A DNA stretch of 63,924 bases from Octopus bimaculoides. Lineage: Eukaryota. The notes below the pieces were generated by a model that saw only the letters and a list, made by a program, of their open reading frames with translations, was not told where the DNA came from and made no database searches. The position numbers were made by a program, and so were the translations under genes. The stretch lies in NCBI RefSeq assembly GCF_001194135.2, contig NC_069000.1, positions 9,423,843 through 9,487,766 on the forward strand, read 5' to 3'. Position 1 is the stretch's first letter, and each line of letters begins with the position of its first letter. Of this stretch, positions 1 through 12,250 are shown piece by piece.

Positions 1-56
1 ACACACACACACACACACACATGCACATGCACGCACGCACACACACACACACACAC
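1..56 (+). repeat. (CA)n microsatellite
   Basis: Further (CA)/(TG) tracts at about 2589-2618, 18508-18560, 19563-19618, 21410-21432, 53125-53210 and 53746-53790. Confidence 0.95.
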
Positions 57-169
57 ATATATAGATATGCAGTGAATGTTTGGCTGTACAAATGGAAGCA
101 GGGGTATTCAATATATGTAGTAAAGTTTATTTTATTCTTTTGATGCTGTCACAATTTGTTTTTCATTAT

Positions 170-270
170 ATGATAAACCACTGAGAGACCTTCTATGTAG
201 TTGCTCAGCCTACTAGAAATACTAACCAAATATCCCCTCAAATTACACCCTACCTTCTCACAAAAAAGAA
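170..270 (+). mobile_element. Repeat family E (SINE-like)
   Basis: CTAGAAATA.CAGCCAAATCTCCCTCAAAT.ACACCCTAC motif, also at about 16565-16635, 33320-33430, 58322-58408, 59305-59395 (-) and 59825-59885. Confidence 0.7.
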
Positions 271-1091
271 GAAAAAATACAAGATAGTCATGATGGAACC
301 TCGTTGATCATGGGTCCCGGCTAAACAACACAAAAACAACAATATATGAAGTGAAAAGTCTTAAGTAATACTCCAATATTTTCTTCATATAAGAAACAAT
401 GACAATACAAAACAACTGCATCCACGAACAAACTAGTTCGGTATTCCTACTTATTTATTAATAATGATAAGCACTTACTAAGGGATAATGCCACCTGTAT
501 ATGTTTTGCTTGGAGGCATGATAGAAAATCCTTGATGACCAGTTCATTAATACTCTAGAAGAAACTCAAACTTCAACACCCAAGTTGAGAGGGGAATGTT
601 TTGTCATATACATAAATGTTACAATGTACAGGTTTTCTATTAATATTATGAAATCATTTTGTTAACTCACAAAGAGTAATTGAAAATACATTTAACGCAT
701 CAGCAACATATTAAATATGTCTATATACATTCTTCTTCAGTAACCTACTTTCGTTTTTTTTTTTACCTTGTTTAGTCTTTAGCAACAAAATGTCAAGAAA
801 AGCATAAAGAAAACTCAACCAAATATAAGAGATTTATTTAGTTACTGAATCAATACACTTACCACATAATAGGTGTATCATGACAATAGCTAAAACTGCA
901 AATTATATGCATATTTCAAATAAAACTGAGATTAATTATAATTGTTTATCTTACTATCTTTGTTATATATACATATTTTATTATATTCTGCACCTCACAT
1001 ACAAAATAAGATCCAATAAACACATTGTTTTTTTTTTGTGTGTGTGTGTGTGTGGTGGGGTGTGTGGATAAAAATAATGGATACTTCTTAC

Positions 1092-1145
1092 CTCAAAGGA
1101 TTCATTTATTAGTTGAACACAAAACAATTGAAAAGTATTTCTTAC
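1092..1145 (-). CDS. Candidate internal exon, 54 nt, phase 0-0: VRNTFQLFCVQLINESFE
   Basis: Long pyrimidine tract ending TTTCTAG, GAG|GTAAGA donor, open symmetric frame. Confidence 0.48.
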
Positions 1146-2585
1146 CTAGAAATTTAATAGAAAGAAAAATGAAAACCATTAATTTAGCTTAAACACACAG
1201 ACACATACGAACTCATATATATCACCATCACTCAATGTCACTTTTTCCATGCTAGCATGGGCTGAACGGTTTGACAAGAACAGACAAGCTAGAGGGCTCT
1301 GCCAGGTTCTATGCCTACACACACACATGTCATAACTTTTTGTATGAAAGTATGCAACCTGAAAAACCTGTCATTGGTCTTGTATTAATTCTATGAACAG
1401 AGACCTTAAAAACACCTTATGGAAACATTACAATTTATTCTCCTTTTGTAATAACACCACCAAACCGCCTGAGGCCAACTTTGGTTCAATGACATAAACT
1501 TCTTGTTTTAAAGTGATCGAAATTAAAACATTCCCTCAAAATCTCTTAATAATTTATCTATACTTCAGCTTAATTGCAGCAATGTTATTTTGCTAAGTTC
1601 TTGATTCTTTTCAAATTTAATTGAAATAAAAGTAATGTATTTCAACAGAAATATGGTAACAAAAGAGTTAAATATCAAGGTAACAGTCATGTGCTGCATC
1701 TCATTTGCACACAAATGACACACAACTAAATTCCACAAAATTTGGTGCAAATACCAGGCCTAACAGTTGGTGATGGTGTTTTATGATGACCACATATCAA
1801 TAACATTGTACATTTTTTTAAAAACAACTAGCAGCATCCTAATTACTAGGCTTCCCTCTTCAGAGCTAGACATTTCTTGTACCTTGATTACATACTACCT
1901 GATCCCCTGTCCCCTGCACTAACACATAATACAAGCATTGCCAGCCATCCCTGGCTGAAGACTACTTCTGGGCATGAAACATTAGTAACAATACATAGCT
2001 TGGACTAATATACAAACTATATCAATTTTATTTAAGGTTTTATGTTATTTTTGCTTTATCTGTAAAGTTATTTTCTAAACAGAAATACTTGCAAATATAG
2101 TCTCCTGGCCAATACACACACATATACAAGTAGACATATATGTGTAACATATAACATATTCTTTCCATGTATCATATAAAAACTAACTCCAAACATAAAA
2201 AAATAATTCAAATATGTTTTATTCATGATAGTTTTTTTTAATATTTCACATGAAATGTCTACACAGCTACCAGACACCTTTTGTTAAAATCAGAAGGTCT
2301 CAGGTGAACAATTAAATTTGCTAAGTAAAGCCTTCTTCATATGAATGAATGTAGAATATGCTGGAATAAAACATTTTGCACAATTGAAAAATAAATTCAA
2401 TGGCATGAAAGTCTATTTCATTGGATAAAAATAGTCATGTGGCATGCAAAACAGCTAGAGCTTGCTAAGTTGTCTTTCTGTATCGAGTTTTGAAGAGATC
2501 AGGAAATCACCTTCTTTGTATTTGCATCATCATCATCACTATGATACATAATTACATGTGTGTGTGTATATAAATTTACATACAC

Positions 2586-2619
<34 letters not shown>

Positions 2620-3498
2620 TATGTATGTATATGTCATTGTGCCTTTACATCTGTGTCTTGACGTTGCTTGAAGTGTAAAATAATGTCACTGTTTAGATTG
2701 AATAAATGTTTACACCTGCTATAAAAACATGTCCAGCAGTTGTGCAGTTCATCATGCAAAAGGTCAGATGAATAAATACCTTACTTTGAAACAAGTAAGG
2801 GTTGGCAACAAGCATAGACGTCTGACCATAAAATACTGCCTCAATAAAGCCTCATCCAACCTATGCCAACATGGAAAAAGTAGTTGCAAAAATGATGAAA
2901 TATAAGTGTGTGTGTGTGTGTGTGCATATATTTAGTCATGCCTACTCATACAGAGACACGAATATAATACTGTATAGTGATTATAATTGTGTGGATCTGA
3001 TAACAATTACCACCTTGATGCTATATGAATTCAAGTAATATCCATTTAGAGAACAATCCTTTTATTATCTATGATAAGCCACTGATATGAAAAGAATGTT
3101 AGTCCTTATTACAAAGGACAAAAAAGTCAGCTATTTATATACATGCCAATGTTATGTGACTATTTAGTTAATCATGAAACTAAAATAAGAAAATATCGTA
3201 AACTTCATCAAACTAGGAGCAGAAGAAGATTTGATTTGGTTTTTCTCAAGAGGGTTTATGAAGACCATCCACTACCCCTTCCTCTAAATCTAAGTAATGA
3301 AGAATGAATATATATANNNNNNNNNNNNNNNNNNNNNNNNNNNNNNNNNNNNNNNNNNNNNNNNNNNNNNNNNNNNNNNNNNNNNNNNNNNNNNNTATAT
3401 ATTCTTAGTGGTTAAGTTTGATATCCAATGGTGCATTGTGTCTTTGGGCAAGAAATTTTATTTCACGTTGCACCAGTCTACTCAGTAAGCAAAAAGGA

Positions 3499-3683
3499 GT
3501 AGTACCTATAATTCAAAGGGCCAGCTTTGTCACATCCTATGCTACACTGAATCTTTTTGAGAACTGTGTTAAGGGTATGTGTGTCGGTGGAGTGCTCAGA
3601 CACTTGCACATTAATTCCATAAGCAGGCTGTTCCATTGATTGGATCAACTGGAAACCCTCATTATCATAACCAATGAAGTGCC
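3499..3683 (+). mobile_element. SINE-type repeat segment, CpG-decayed copy
   Basis: TTCAAAGGGCCAGC..GGAGTGCTCAG..CACTTGCAC..GGATCAACTGGAA shared with 62728-62886. Confidence 0.85.
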
Positions 3684-4434
3684 AGTTTTTTTGTCGTATT
3701 TGTTTTACATCAAGTAAGACAATCTTTTTACCACTTTCGCATAAATACAGTGAACCAGTGATTGGCCCATTAGGTGAGCAAACTGCATTACCGCAATTGC
3801 GCAACTTGTAACAAATGATGCAATTGCTCAGAAATTGTGATAAAAAAATTGATAAATAAATAAATAAATAAATCAAACATTGTTTAGAAACTATAAAGCA
3901 CATTTACTGTTAAGTATTGGTTTATCCATTGCTAAAGGAAATAAAATACAAATTCAATTATAAAGAATTTATAATCTTCTCTGAAAACTGATAACATACT
4001 TCAAATATATGGAACAATGGGTGAGGAGGTTTGGTTAGAAATTTGTTCATAGAAATTATTATTTAGATACGTTGAAATATTGTTTTCAAAATTTATAACA
4101 GATTTCAATTCTAGCAATTCAAAAATGCATGCAATCTATAGCATTATTTATCTAGGGTGATGAAAGAAGGGGACATAATCGATTGCAGGTCTAAAATATC
4201 TTAAAGAACTTAATTTTTTGTCTCTGCATTCCAAGTTCAAATCGCTCCTACTCACATTAACATTCACATTTTTGCCTTCTGGGATAAAAATAAATAAACC
4301 AATATTTATCAGGGCTAATTTTATCAATTATCCCCTTCTACAAATATTGTCCTTATAACTTAATTAATAGAAAACAATAGAGATATTGAGATAAATACAT
4401 AATTAGCATCAATTTCGATATTGCCATTAGAATA

Positions 4435-5152
4435 CAGGGTGCATAAGGTATTTGAGGACAAACCAATTTTGGGTCATAGCTGCATTTTTTGTTAACTCAG
4501 TATAATCTTTGTTTCAGAAAATAATAACGGCAGACCCTCAGCTTATTCAGGAAATGAAGAAGCATGCTGTTATTGTGGTTATAAAAGCTGAGCATAGCGA
4601 TTTAGAAATATCTTGATTTTTAAAAGTTACCAGATCTTTCGTCTACAAAGTTTGCAAGGAGCTAGAGATTGAAAATGGGAATATATCATCAGTATCAAAG
4701 CATAAAAAGCATTCTATACGCTCTGAAATCATCAGAACACCTGAATTTATCCAGCAAATTCAACAGACCATTGATTACTATCCTAGAAAGTCCATTAGGT
4801 CAACTGCATAAAATCTCCATGTGTCAGAAGGAACAGTCAGAAATGTTGTCTACAAAGACATCAGATATAATTCTTATATGATGAGGAAAGGTCAATTTGT
4901 CAGAAAAAGCAAAAGCAAATCACTACATCAGATCTAAAAGGCTCTTAAACAAACTGAAAAATCCAGCAGAAGAAGGTTTGATTTGGTTTTTCTCAAATGA
5001 GAAAAACTTCAACCAAAATCATAAAGTTAACAGAAGAAATGACAGATGGTTATGTGCAGACCCTTCTGAAGTTCCAAGTGTTATGCATACAAAATTTCTT
5101 GTGGCTGTCATGGTTTTAGGTGTTGTCAGTAATGAACGATATGTGATCCCTC
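4435..5152 (+). mobile_element. Tc1/mariner superfamily relic, maT/DD37D-like transposase, 3'-truncated
   Basis: Starts TA|CAGGGTG. Decayed HTH region, then LIWFFSNEKNFNQNHKVNRRNDRWLCADPSEVPSVMHTKF..VMVLGVVSNE. The FSDEK motif is mutated to FSNEK and there are frameshifts and stops. Confidence 0.85.
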
Positions 5153-5250
5153 AGAACATAGATGGACTAAATGCCACTAAACATTTTGCTCAGCATGTTA
5201 ATGATTCTGTCAGCTCACTGTCTTTATGTTATCAATAATGAAAGTAGTTT

Positions 5251-5397
5251 TACATGCTGAGTTCAATTTCCACCAAGGTTGACTTTGCCTTTCATCCTTT
5301 AGGGGTCGATAAATCAAGTACCAGTTGCGTACTGGGTCAATCTAATTTACTGGCTACCTCCCCAAAAATTTCGGGCCTTGTGCCTAGAGTAGAAAAG
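5251..5397 (+). mobile_element. SINE family A (5'-truncated) with a 17-bp TSD
   Basis: CTGAGTTCAA..GACTTTGCCTTTCATCCTT..GGGGTCGATAAA..AGTACCAGTTG core. AATAATGAAAGTAGTTT is duplicated at 5234-5250 and 5398-5414. Confidence 0.9.
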
Positions 5398-5770
5398 AAT
5401 AATGAAAGTAGTTTCCTTAAACTTCATACATTCCCCTCTTATAGGCCACATCACTAACACTAAACAGATAGGAAAACTGTACTACTTCCATTTTCAGTTG
5501 AAGACAGAACAGTACTCCTGCAACTAAATTCAGATTTATTTTTCTATAGATTTGAATGTGTTTGGGCATCTGAATCCATTAGAAGTAAATTATATTTATG
5601 AGCTGATATCTGCATTATAATATAAGAGTAGTGCCAAAAAACAAAGGCAAATGGAGTTTTGTGTCTTTCTTGGAACACAGTACAGTGGTCAGATACAACC
5701 AGATTTAAAATCTTACTCATCAGATGGATAGAATAGTTATGTGCAATTTATTCTGTGATCAGGAATTCAC

Positions 5771-5812
5771 CTTCAGCTTTTCTTCTTCATCGCCATAGTG
5801 CTTCTCACAATA
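5771..5812 (-). CDS. Candidate internal exon, 42 nt, phase 0-0: YCEKHYGDEEEKLK
   Basis: TTTATTCTTCTCTTGTTTAG acceptor, AAG|GTGAAT donor, open symmetric frame. No homology recognised. Confidence 0.5.
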
Positions 5813-8800
5813 CTAAACAAGAGAAGAATAAACCCAGAATAAAGTCAATTAAAATTACATGACAAGGGTAAAGGAAAGCTGATGTCATTAATCTGCTATG
5901 GACCAAATTCTGTTTAACTTCATAAAGATTTATAAAGATGATTTATTAAGGTAAAGTTTACAAGTGATTCCTAAGCTTTGAAATGCAAAGGCTTTGAAAT
6001 ATAGTTTTTTTTTTTTTTAGGGAGAAGTTACAAAGAGATAAACTTTCTGATGAAATTAACAGAAATTAGGCATAGTTTGAATCTTCTAAATGAATAGAAT
6101 TAACTTAGATTTCAAGGCAACCAATCAGCATTTAATCAGATCTACAGTTGCTTTTCTTTAAAACAGGTATTATGTTATTTGGATGCCACACAAAGGAATC
6201 AATAAACATTCGGTAGTGTGGCAATTTCTATTTATAACTTTTTAGACCCAATCTCAACAGAAGAATTCTATTGATCTTATTAGCCATGCAAGGCTATGGT
6301 GGTAAAGTAACAGCATTCTCCACAGATGTTTTATATTCATGTGCGCCAATATTTTTCATTGTTAGTTGCTTAATACATTTTGAAGATTATCATGTTTAGC
6401 ATAGTCAAACATCTCAGCAAGCTTTCATTAAATAAGAGTAGATAGATAGAAAGATAAAAGGAAAATTTTTAATATTTTGACAAATGAACTTCAAACAGGA
6501 TTAAATGAAAATAGCATTTTCTAAAAAAGATGTCAGACATGAAATTAATAAAAGAAACTGAAGGATTTCCATACTGGAACAACATTAACAGTCAGATCTA
6601 AAGAAATCTGGATAGAATCCTTGAGTCTATAGAAACACAATGGATATAGTTTGCCATTGAGACTGATAAACAAGTAATTGATTTCTAATAGTGATCTGGT
6701 GGGATTTGTGGATATTAGTCAACAATGAATTGTTTATTAACAGTAAACTAATTTTGTAATAAATATCAACACAATAAAGCTACATATTCAGTGTTTGAAA
6801 CGTTGGTCTCTATCTCAGAATGCCAAACTCAACAACAATGAATTTCCTTTAATATGGTAAGATCAATTATCTACATAACATAATCAGTATATAGCCAACA
6901 AAAGTGGCATGTGTCCATGATAGCTGGCAGAATACTTCTTCATTCTATATTTTCTCAGTAATCTTAATAAAACAACATCAACAGCAAACAATACTCATTA
7001 TTTCACCTACTTATTCACCATCTATTCCTTCCTCATGAATATAGTGTCTTAATCTTCTCTTTCATAACATCTCATTTCCATAAACAAAAAAAGTCCTGAA
7101 TTCACATCCATTATTTATATCACTCAAATTTAACTGCCTCCCAATCTCACAGCTCAAATATACACATCAATATTATCTTTAATTTTATATTCATTTTATA
7201 TTTAACTACAAATTTTAACATTTGAATATTTGTTGGTGTTCTTAGATTCATCAAAAATATAGTGAAAGATTTATGTATTCAGCAATTAATAAGTAAGATA
7301 ACAAATATGGTCTCTTGAAAAAAAAAGTAAATTATATGTAAATATCAAATAGTGGACAACCTGTCCAATCTGTATGAAGTATGAAAAATTGATGCTTTCG
7401 GCAATTTTCTTCCTGCTTAATCAGGGATAGGAATCAACGAATTGGTTTAAATAAATGGAAACCAATTCCAAAACCAAAATAAACAATAATAATAATAATG
7501 AAATATATTAACAAAGGCATATTCAAGTTCAAAAGTAGAAGTTAATCGATGGCTAAGAAAACTATAATGACGAGAGGAATTCTTCCATTATTTCACTCTA
7601 ACACTTTGTTAGAGTGCAATTTTAAACCCACTAAGAACACATATAAATTACATATACATGCAAATAGAAAAATACACACAAAGAGATCTTAGAATCCACT
7701 CTGTTCTTGAACTTGCTAACCTTTATTGATTAACAATCTAGCTGGAAGACATTTATTCACATAGCAATCAACCAAAGAAATTAACTAAAACAAATTAAAA
7801 AGTTTCATCCCATTGATCCACTCTATGAGATATTTGTAAAATCTACCTGCATAAAGCAATCATTTTGTCCAATAATTCATTCTTATTTTTCAAAAATTCT
7901 TCTTATAGATCTTGCAATATAACCCTATTTATGAAAGTATTTCTTCAAAATAATGGGTATCTTTTTTTACAGATAGTGTTTCTAATTTCCGCTTGTTATT
8001 TCAAGTTCTCATTCTTAATTCTTCTTCAGTGTGAAGAGATGAGAACCTGAAAGTGAATTGAAGAAACAACAAAACTATTAGCTAGCATACACAAAAGAAG
8101 AATTTTATTTTTTGGCTTAGAAGAGAAAGAAGAGTACCCTTGACCTTTTATAGGGCCTCTAAGACTAATGGAGATAGCAGGAAGTAATGCACCAACATAC
8201 TAAGTTACTCTCAGATCTGACTCAGAGACTTGGTCTAAATGGTTGGTTGCAACAGGGTGGACTCCACTAAAAGAAATGTAATACAATATATTCAAAGAGA
8301 ATAAGTACATTGATCTCTTGACAAAGGAAAATTTGAAATTAAATAAATCACTTTGAGCCCTTCAGAGAGGACACAGAATCAACATGCATGGAAAGTGAGT
8401 GCAGCAGTGACTCATCTAATCCATACCAGAATGGAACAGATCATTATGTTAAAATAATGATGATGATGTTGAAGGTAAAAAAATATAAACAGCTTGAATC
8501 CTATCATCTTATGATCAAATTAACCACTTTCTTGTAGCCTTAAAAGAGTTCTTTTCTGGCTGTCAATAAATTAGAGATCAGCAGTTTAGATTAAATATTG
8601 AGACATTTGCAACACAAATATAAACAAAACAAATTTGACCAGAGACTCTAAACCTCAATAAAAGGAAAGGATAGGTTCCATTGCTAAATGGAAACATGTG
8701 ATGACAGATGGACAGAAAGAGATTTGGAACTCTTAGAGTAACCAATACTATGAAAGTGAAATAACAAAAAGAAAAGGAACATTATAATTTTTACTATCAA

Positions 8801-10841
8801 TGCAACGAAATATTTCAACATTTTTTACAAAACAAAAATAGTTGGTGTTATCACTATAAAAACAAGTTATTTTGCAGAACCAGCCATGAAATAGAAATAT
8901 CATAGAAACATACAAGGAAAGTAACAATAATATTTGCTAAGATACTGTGACCTGAAATATCTTATGATTACCAGTTGATTGTAACAAAACTACAAATTAT
9001 GAAGGAAGTTACAACCATGTCAAAATGATCTCTATGGCATTCAACTCATGTGCACTGGGAACAGTCGGTGGAAAACTGCACAGCAGTGGCAACAGCACTG
9101 GCAGCAACAGTGACAGTAGTAGTAGCAGCAGCAACAGCAGGAGCAATAGTAGTAATGATAAAACTTTAAAGCTTATTACATGCTAGAACTTGAATTATCA
9201 TTGAGCAATAATTCTTCCAAAATAATATTTATGTTAGTTGATTTTTAAGGTTTAGGAATATAATAATTCGTATCAAAAAGCAACATTTGTAGAATTGCAA
9301 TGGCTAATTATAAGAAATGTTAGTTTTAACTCATGGGTTGTGGATCCATATCTCATCAGAAACAGTGTACTCTGTCTGCAAAAAGAAGCTAACTCAATAA
9401 GTAAAGTTATTCTACCTGCCAGAAATGGAGGCTGATTGAACAATGGAGATTTATCCAAACTGACTGTGTATCTGCTTATCACAAACATTGGACCTTTGCT
9501 TTTCTCAGAGACACCTGCTGTATGTGTGCTAAAGCATAGCTGATATGAACTGCTCAACAGCAACAACAACACATCACTAGAAATTATCTCACTAGAAATA
9601 TGTCTATAAGAACAACAGCCACAAAAGGTTAATGAACAGAAGGGGAAGCTAACTTCAATGCACAATGATTACCATGCTAATTATCAGTATGTAAATCTAA
9701 AAAGTAATCATACACTAAACATTAAAATAAAATTTAAAAAATGAAATAAAAATAGAATATATAACCAATAGTGAGATTAATCAGAGCTAATTTGTTTGGG
9801 AAACATGTAAGGTATCTTTCAAGAAATAATCTACACTAAGAAATAATGAGCAAATTTTTAGCAAAACGAAAGATGTTTTAACCATGCAACACAGTATTTT
9901 CTTTTCATTTTGATTATATGAGGATGGAATTAAATTAAAATGCCTATAATCATTGCAGCAATTACTGAAGAATTTGGTCTAAGGTATATGTTAAGGCAAA
10001 CAGCTTTGTAGAGTCCAAATCTCTAGGTTACTGACTACATAACGATCAAGCTCACATCACAGCTTGGATATATGTGACCTGTTTCAAAAGGAAATTATAA
10101 AAAGGTTATGAATCCAGCATGCAGAAACATTAATGTCAATCTAAGATTGAGAATATATATATAAGTGATAATACATAAGTGAACATTGTTTACATAAAAA
10201 AAAAAAGTAATGTCTGAGAAAGATTTTTCACAATGTTACAATGCTGCAAACCTAAATAAATAAAGCTATAATTTGAAGACAACTTTAAAAACAGATTATT
10301 TTAATAAAAAAATACTCAAAATAAAATTATATATTATTAAATTAAAATATTAGCTTGTTTCATAATATCTTTTGAGTTTATCTGAAAATATATTTATGAA
10401 CACAAAATAGCTGTGATTCAGATTTTTATATATATAATACAAGAAATGACCAAAAACTATTTTATCTAAACTAGTAAAGAACAGAAATTAATACAGGAGA
10501 ACTAAGACAAAAGCAAATGCAAGCAAAAAAGAAAACAAGAATCAATAGAAACAATTAATCATATTTTTCTTTGAATTCTACAAATTCAGAATATTTTTTT
10601 AAAAGCCAAAGACTGAAAGCTTGAAATTTAACAAACTCAATTAACTTTGATTGAGTACAATCTAAAATCTTCAGCTTTATTGATTTTTAGCTTTGATAAA
10701 TGTTTTTCTTAAAAAGAAACTCAATGTAAATTTTCTAAGAACTGCAATTATGTGACAAACTGAAATAGGTGAAAGTGTTTAAATGTTTTTGCTGATATTA
10801 GTTATACTGATCCTCAGCAGCAAATTCAGACGATCACTCAC

Positions 10842-10881
10842 ATTCATTGTTACACCAATCAGATACAGTAGATTGATAAAA
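10842..10881 (-). CDS. Candidate 40-nt exon xFINLLYLIGVTMN
   Basis: Strong AAT|GTGAGT donor, moderate acceptor. Phase 2-0 is compatible with the neighbouring candidates. Confidence 0.25.
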
Positions 10882-11827
10882 CTATCAAGATGTCAGAACA
10901 ATATGTCCTACAACCCTTTATATCCCGAGTTAAAATCCCCCTGACATCAACTTTGCTTATTATCTTTCTAGGGTCTAGTAAAATAAAATACCAGTCAAAT
11001 ATTGGATTTATTTACAAAACAGCTACAAAGCCAACAAATGGATATAAATATAATTGTAAAAATGTGCAAGTAATTGAGACAGTAGTGTTGAATTACACTA
11101 CTTAGTTTCACTTCTCTATAATCTGAATTCTAACTTTGCCAGAGTCAACTACGTTTTATCATTTTTACCATCCCCACTGCTCTACTGGTCAATGAAATAA
11201 GTACCATATTCTCCAACAAAAATCAGCTATGTAATTCTTATAGTATATGTAAGCCGTGTCAAAATTGCCAAGAAACAAAAAAGAAAGCATAAAGATACTA
11301 CTTTGTCATTCTGCTGTAGACTTCATTGTATCCTTATGAAAGATAATTATCACAGTGTCTATAAACAGATACCAGTGAGCTGTGTTATAATAGAATAGTG
11401 TAGTTAGAAAATGAAGAATAACCATAAGTTAAATGAGAAAACATCCTTTTATTCTATGATCGATTACGTTCATTTGATTTAATCAAGAATATGCAATAAT
11501 AATTTTTACAATGGAAAATTTGGTGAAAAAAGAAATTTTTTAAATGCATCATAGAAAAGAGCATTATTATTTATTCTTATCATTTCAGCAACTCATTCTC
11601 TTTAATAGTAAAGAGAATGTATACTGAAGACAAAGACAAAAGGTTAGAGATAGGAATATACATAAAATGCTTCTGTGTTTTCAATTAGGACACAAACATT
11701 TAGCAAAGATATGACGATACTATAGTGTTTTCTAGTCAATCTTTGAATGCAGAGTGGAATAGAGAATATCCATTCCATTCTGTGTCTAATGATGGTGGGG
11801 GGGGCTATCATAGACAGTATAGCTTAA

Positions 11828-12075
11828 CCTTTTAGTATTTCAACCAGCCATATCCAGCCAAAATATTCTACCTGTTTTAGGTTCAAACTGGCCAGATCCT
11901 GCCCCTCTCACCTACTCTGCAATGTCATCCTAAACATAAACAGTCGGGTTAGGGTTAGTGCATGATTAGGGTTAGGGTTAGGGTTACAGTTAGCTATGGG
12001 ATAGTGCATGATTGATTACATTTAACATAAATAAATACACATTACATCTGACAGAGTAATCTGAATGTTAAAAGG
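11828..12075. mobile_element. TTAA-flanked piggyBac-type MITE with a telomeric insertion
   Basis: TTAA|CCTTTTAGTATT ... AATGTTAAAAGG|TTAA. Homologous in reverse orientation to 24036-24256. Confidence 0.85.
11946..11992 (+). repeat. Interrupted interstitial telomeric sequence
   Basis: GGGTTAGGGTTAG-TGCATGA-TTAGGGTTAGGGTTAGGGTTACAGTTA. Confidence 0.9.
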
Positions 12076-12134
12076 TTAAGAAGCAACAAATGGAAATTCA
12101 TTAAGGATTTCTAATATGAGAGAGAGCAAGATGA

Positions 12135-12250
12135 GTGAGTAGTGGACAATCAGCTGAAAGGTTATCAGTTCATATTCCACTCTCAGCCCTGTGTTGTCTG
12201 TGGCCAACAGATTTAACCCTCAACAGGCCAACTATGCATAATGATTTCGT
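12135..12250 (+). mobile_element. tRNA-like SINE head, degenerate
   Basis: GAGTGAGTAGTGG..CAGTTCATATTCCAC..CCCTGTGTTGTCTGTGG. Confidence 0.45.

Noticed and set aside
7847-8046. Rescue of the in-frame stops by A-to-I editing (stop to Trp)
   Set aside because: It would need six edits at four stops, including two TAA codons, and I see no supporting dsRNA structure.
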